Origin: Paraspadella gotoi | Lineage: Eukaryota; Animalia; Chaetognatha | DNA: 64,000 nucleotides | Direction: 5' to 3' | Assembly: GCA_051294375.1 (NCBI GenBank) | Contig: CM119263.1 | Coordinates: 31,132,949-31,196,948 of the forward strand | Shown: positions 62,308 to 64,000 of the stretch, piece after piece | Position numbering within the stretch: position 1 is the first letter of the stretch | Layout: each line of letters opens with the position of its first letter | Made by a program: the position numbers and the translations under genes | Notes under the pieces: model-generated | What the model was told of the DNA's origin: nothing | The model's database searches: none | What the model saw: the letters and a program-made list of their open reading frames with translations, nothing else

Positions 62308-63565
62308 ATGTCCGACACCAGAACATGCCGAAGATGTGAAAAGGTGAGTGAAGGCGGAGTTTGAATTGTCTCGTCCCAGAAAGACTCATCGATTTACTCG
62401 TTCCTTTGAGGTGGGCCACATCGCCCGTAACTGCCCCTCGAAACCAGCGGAGGGCGCACCGGGCGCGATGGGCGAAGGCGGAAGAGGCGGCGGCGGCCGG
62501 GGGCGCGTCTTTACTCGGGGAGGTGATTTTTGGTCGCATAACTTGCATATTATTAAATTGAAAAAATATCTCTCCTGACTCGTTAATTTATATCCCGTTT
62601 TTGTGACGAAATAACCGGTTGACCGTCATTGTGTAATAGAATAATTTGTGGTTCATTTCAAATGAGATTGAACAACTCAAAAGAAGAATCACAAAATCTC
62701 TTCCGATCCACGACCCTCATTTCTGCATCCAATTTGATCATAAATGCAGGCGGTCGCGGTCGAGGTGGGCGTGGAGGCGGATTCGGCAACATGGCCGATG
62801 TACAGTGTTACAACTGCGCCCAGATGGGTCATATCGCCAGGTAAGGTCGTTTGGAGTTTTTTAAGTTATTATGTGGAATTTTTAAGTCCTACCCTTTCTC
62901 ATTTATTTTGTAGCCAACGAAAGGAAGATGAGGAGAGAGAGAGAGNNNNNNNNNNAGAGAGAGAGAGAAAACGCAGGATGACAATTAATGCCTTTTTTAA
63001 GAAAAAAAATAACGTTTTCCAATCTTAAGCAAATGCGAGAACGAGCGCGTGGAAATGTCTCGGCCGCGTGGCGGTCGTGGTGGCGGACGCGGCGGCCGCA
63101 GAGGGGGCGGCGGTGGAGGAGGAGGATATGCCGAAGTCGACTGTTACAACTGCGGGGAACTCGGCCACATCGCCAAGTTAGACTCTGGAAGGTTTTTCAT
63201 GTGATGTACGGATAAAAGAGTCTCATTCTTGTTTGTCTTCAGTGATTGCACGAACGAGCGCGTCGAGGGGGCGGGTCCATCCCGCGGCCGGGGACGCGGT
63301 CGCGGCGGCGGTGGTGGTGGCGGCGGCGGCGGCAGCGGAGTCCCCATGGAGGACGTTGTGTGCCACAACTGTTCGCGCACGGGACACTTCATGAGAAACT
63401 GCCCCGATAAGTCACTCGACAACATCAAGTGTTACAGGTCAGGGATGTGATAGTTTAATAGTTTTACGTTGTGTAATAGTGTCACGATTGACCATAACCT
63501 ATCTTGTGATCAGATGTAATGTTATGGGCCACTTTGCGCGCGACTGTCCCAACGAGGAAGAGTAA
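62308..63565 (+). CDS. CNBP-like CCHC zinc-knuckle / RGG nucleic-acid-binding protein
   Basis: Five CxxCxxxGHxxxxC knuckles (e.g. CYNCAQMGHIAR, CHNCSRTGHFMRNC) alternating with RGG tracts; acceptor tttttttaag at 62259. Confidence 0.88.
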
Positions 63566-64000
63566 AAGGAGAAGAGCGAAGGCCTTTATCCAAAACGGAA
63601 TAAAGTCGCCACCTCAAAAATGGAAGAATACTGAGTAGCGAGTATTCTTCGTCGACCACTTTTTTCGGATAATAAATGTTTCGCCGGCAAGAAGGATAAA
63701 ATGGTTTTAAAAAAAAAACGGATAAATAGATTTACTGAACCTTCTCGCAGAATCACGGATTTTTCTATCTCTTAAACTGAATCAATCCGTAGTGTAGATA
63801 GCAATTTATTTTAATTTAAAAAATGGGAAACAATTTCTTTTGATTTGTCTTTTAAAGTTGAAGTATAATTTATTTTGACTTATCAATCAAATTAATGAAA
63901 TTCAGATGAGTTTTAAACATTTAATTACTTTTCTTAAAAGATCCAGTTTTTTATCTTTTAAATTTGTTTTATTTTCGACTATTTTATGTGTGACTTCGAC

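Overview
AT-rich, intron-containing eukaryotic DNA; the gene set indicates an animal with a compact genome. Thirteen host genes all lie on the + strand: C2H2 zinc finger (5' truncated), NPAT/Mxc-like LisH protein, a YxxM-rich adaptor-like gene, an SLC36/AAAP transporter, TCERG1, LAMTOR1, CPSF6, a kelch protein, NF-YB, cyclin B, RPLP0, FBXL15 and a CNBP-like zinc-knuckle protein. Several are only 119-600 bp apart, with splice acceptors just upstream of the ATG, which suggests operons resolved by SL trans-splicing. A mobile block at 9.3-18.4 kb holds a full-length DIRS-type tyrosine-recombinase retroelement whose ICR lies 5' of the ORFs, apparently inside an intron. The same block also holds a 1.1-kb ICR-bounded derivative of a second DIRS family, a large inverted duplication and a viral-type envelope glycoprotein fragment. 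A family of miniature LTR retrotransposons (TRIMs; 3 two-LTR copies, 1 solo LTR, 1 fragment) has a tRNA-Trp PBS, a PPT and 4-bp TSDs. Its LTRs carry tRNA-type Pol III A/B boxes and covarying hairpins. All calls are by eye, with no database searches; exon boundaries are manual, and some frameshifts may be assembly errors.
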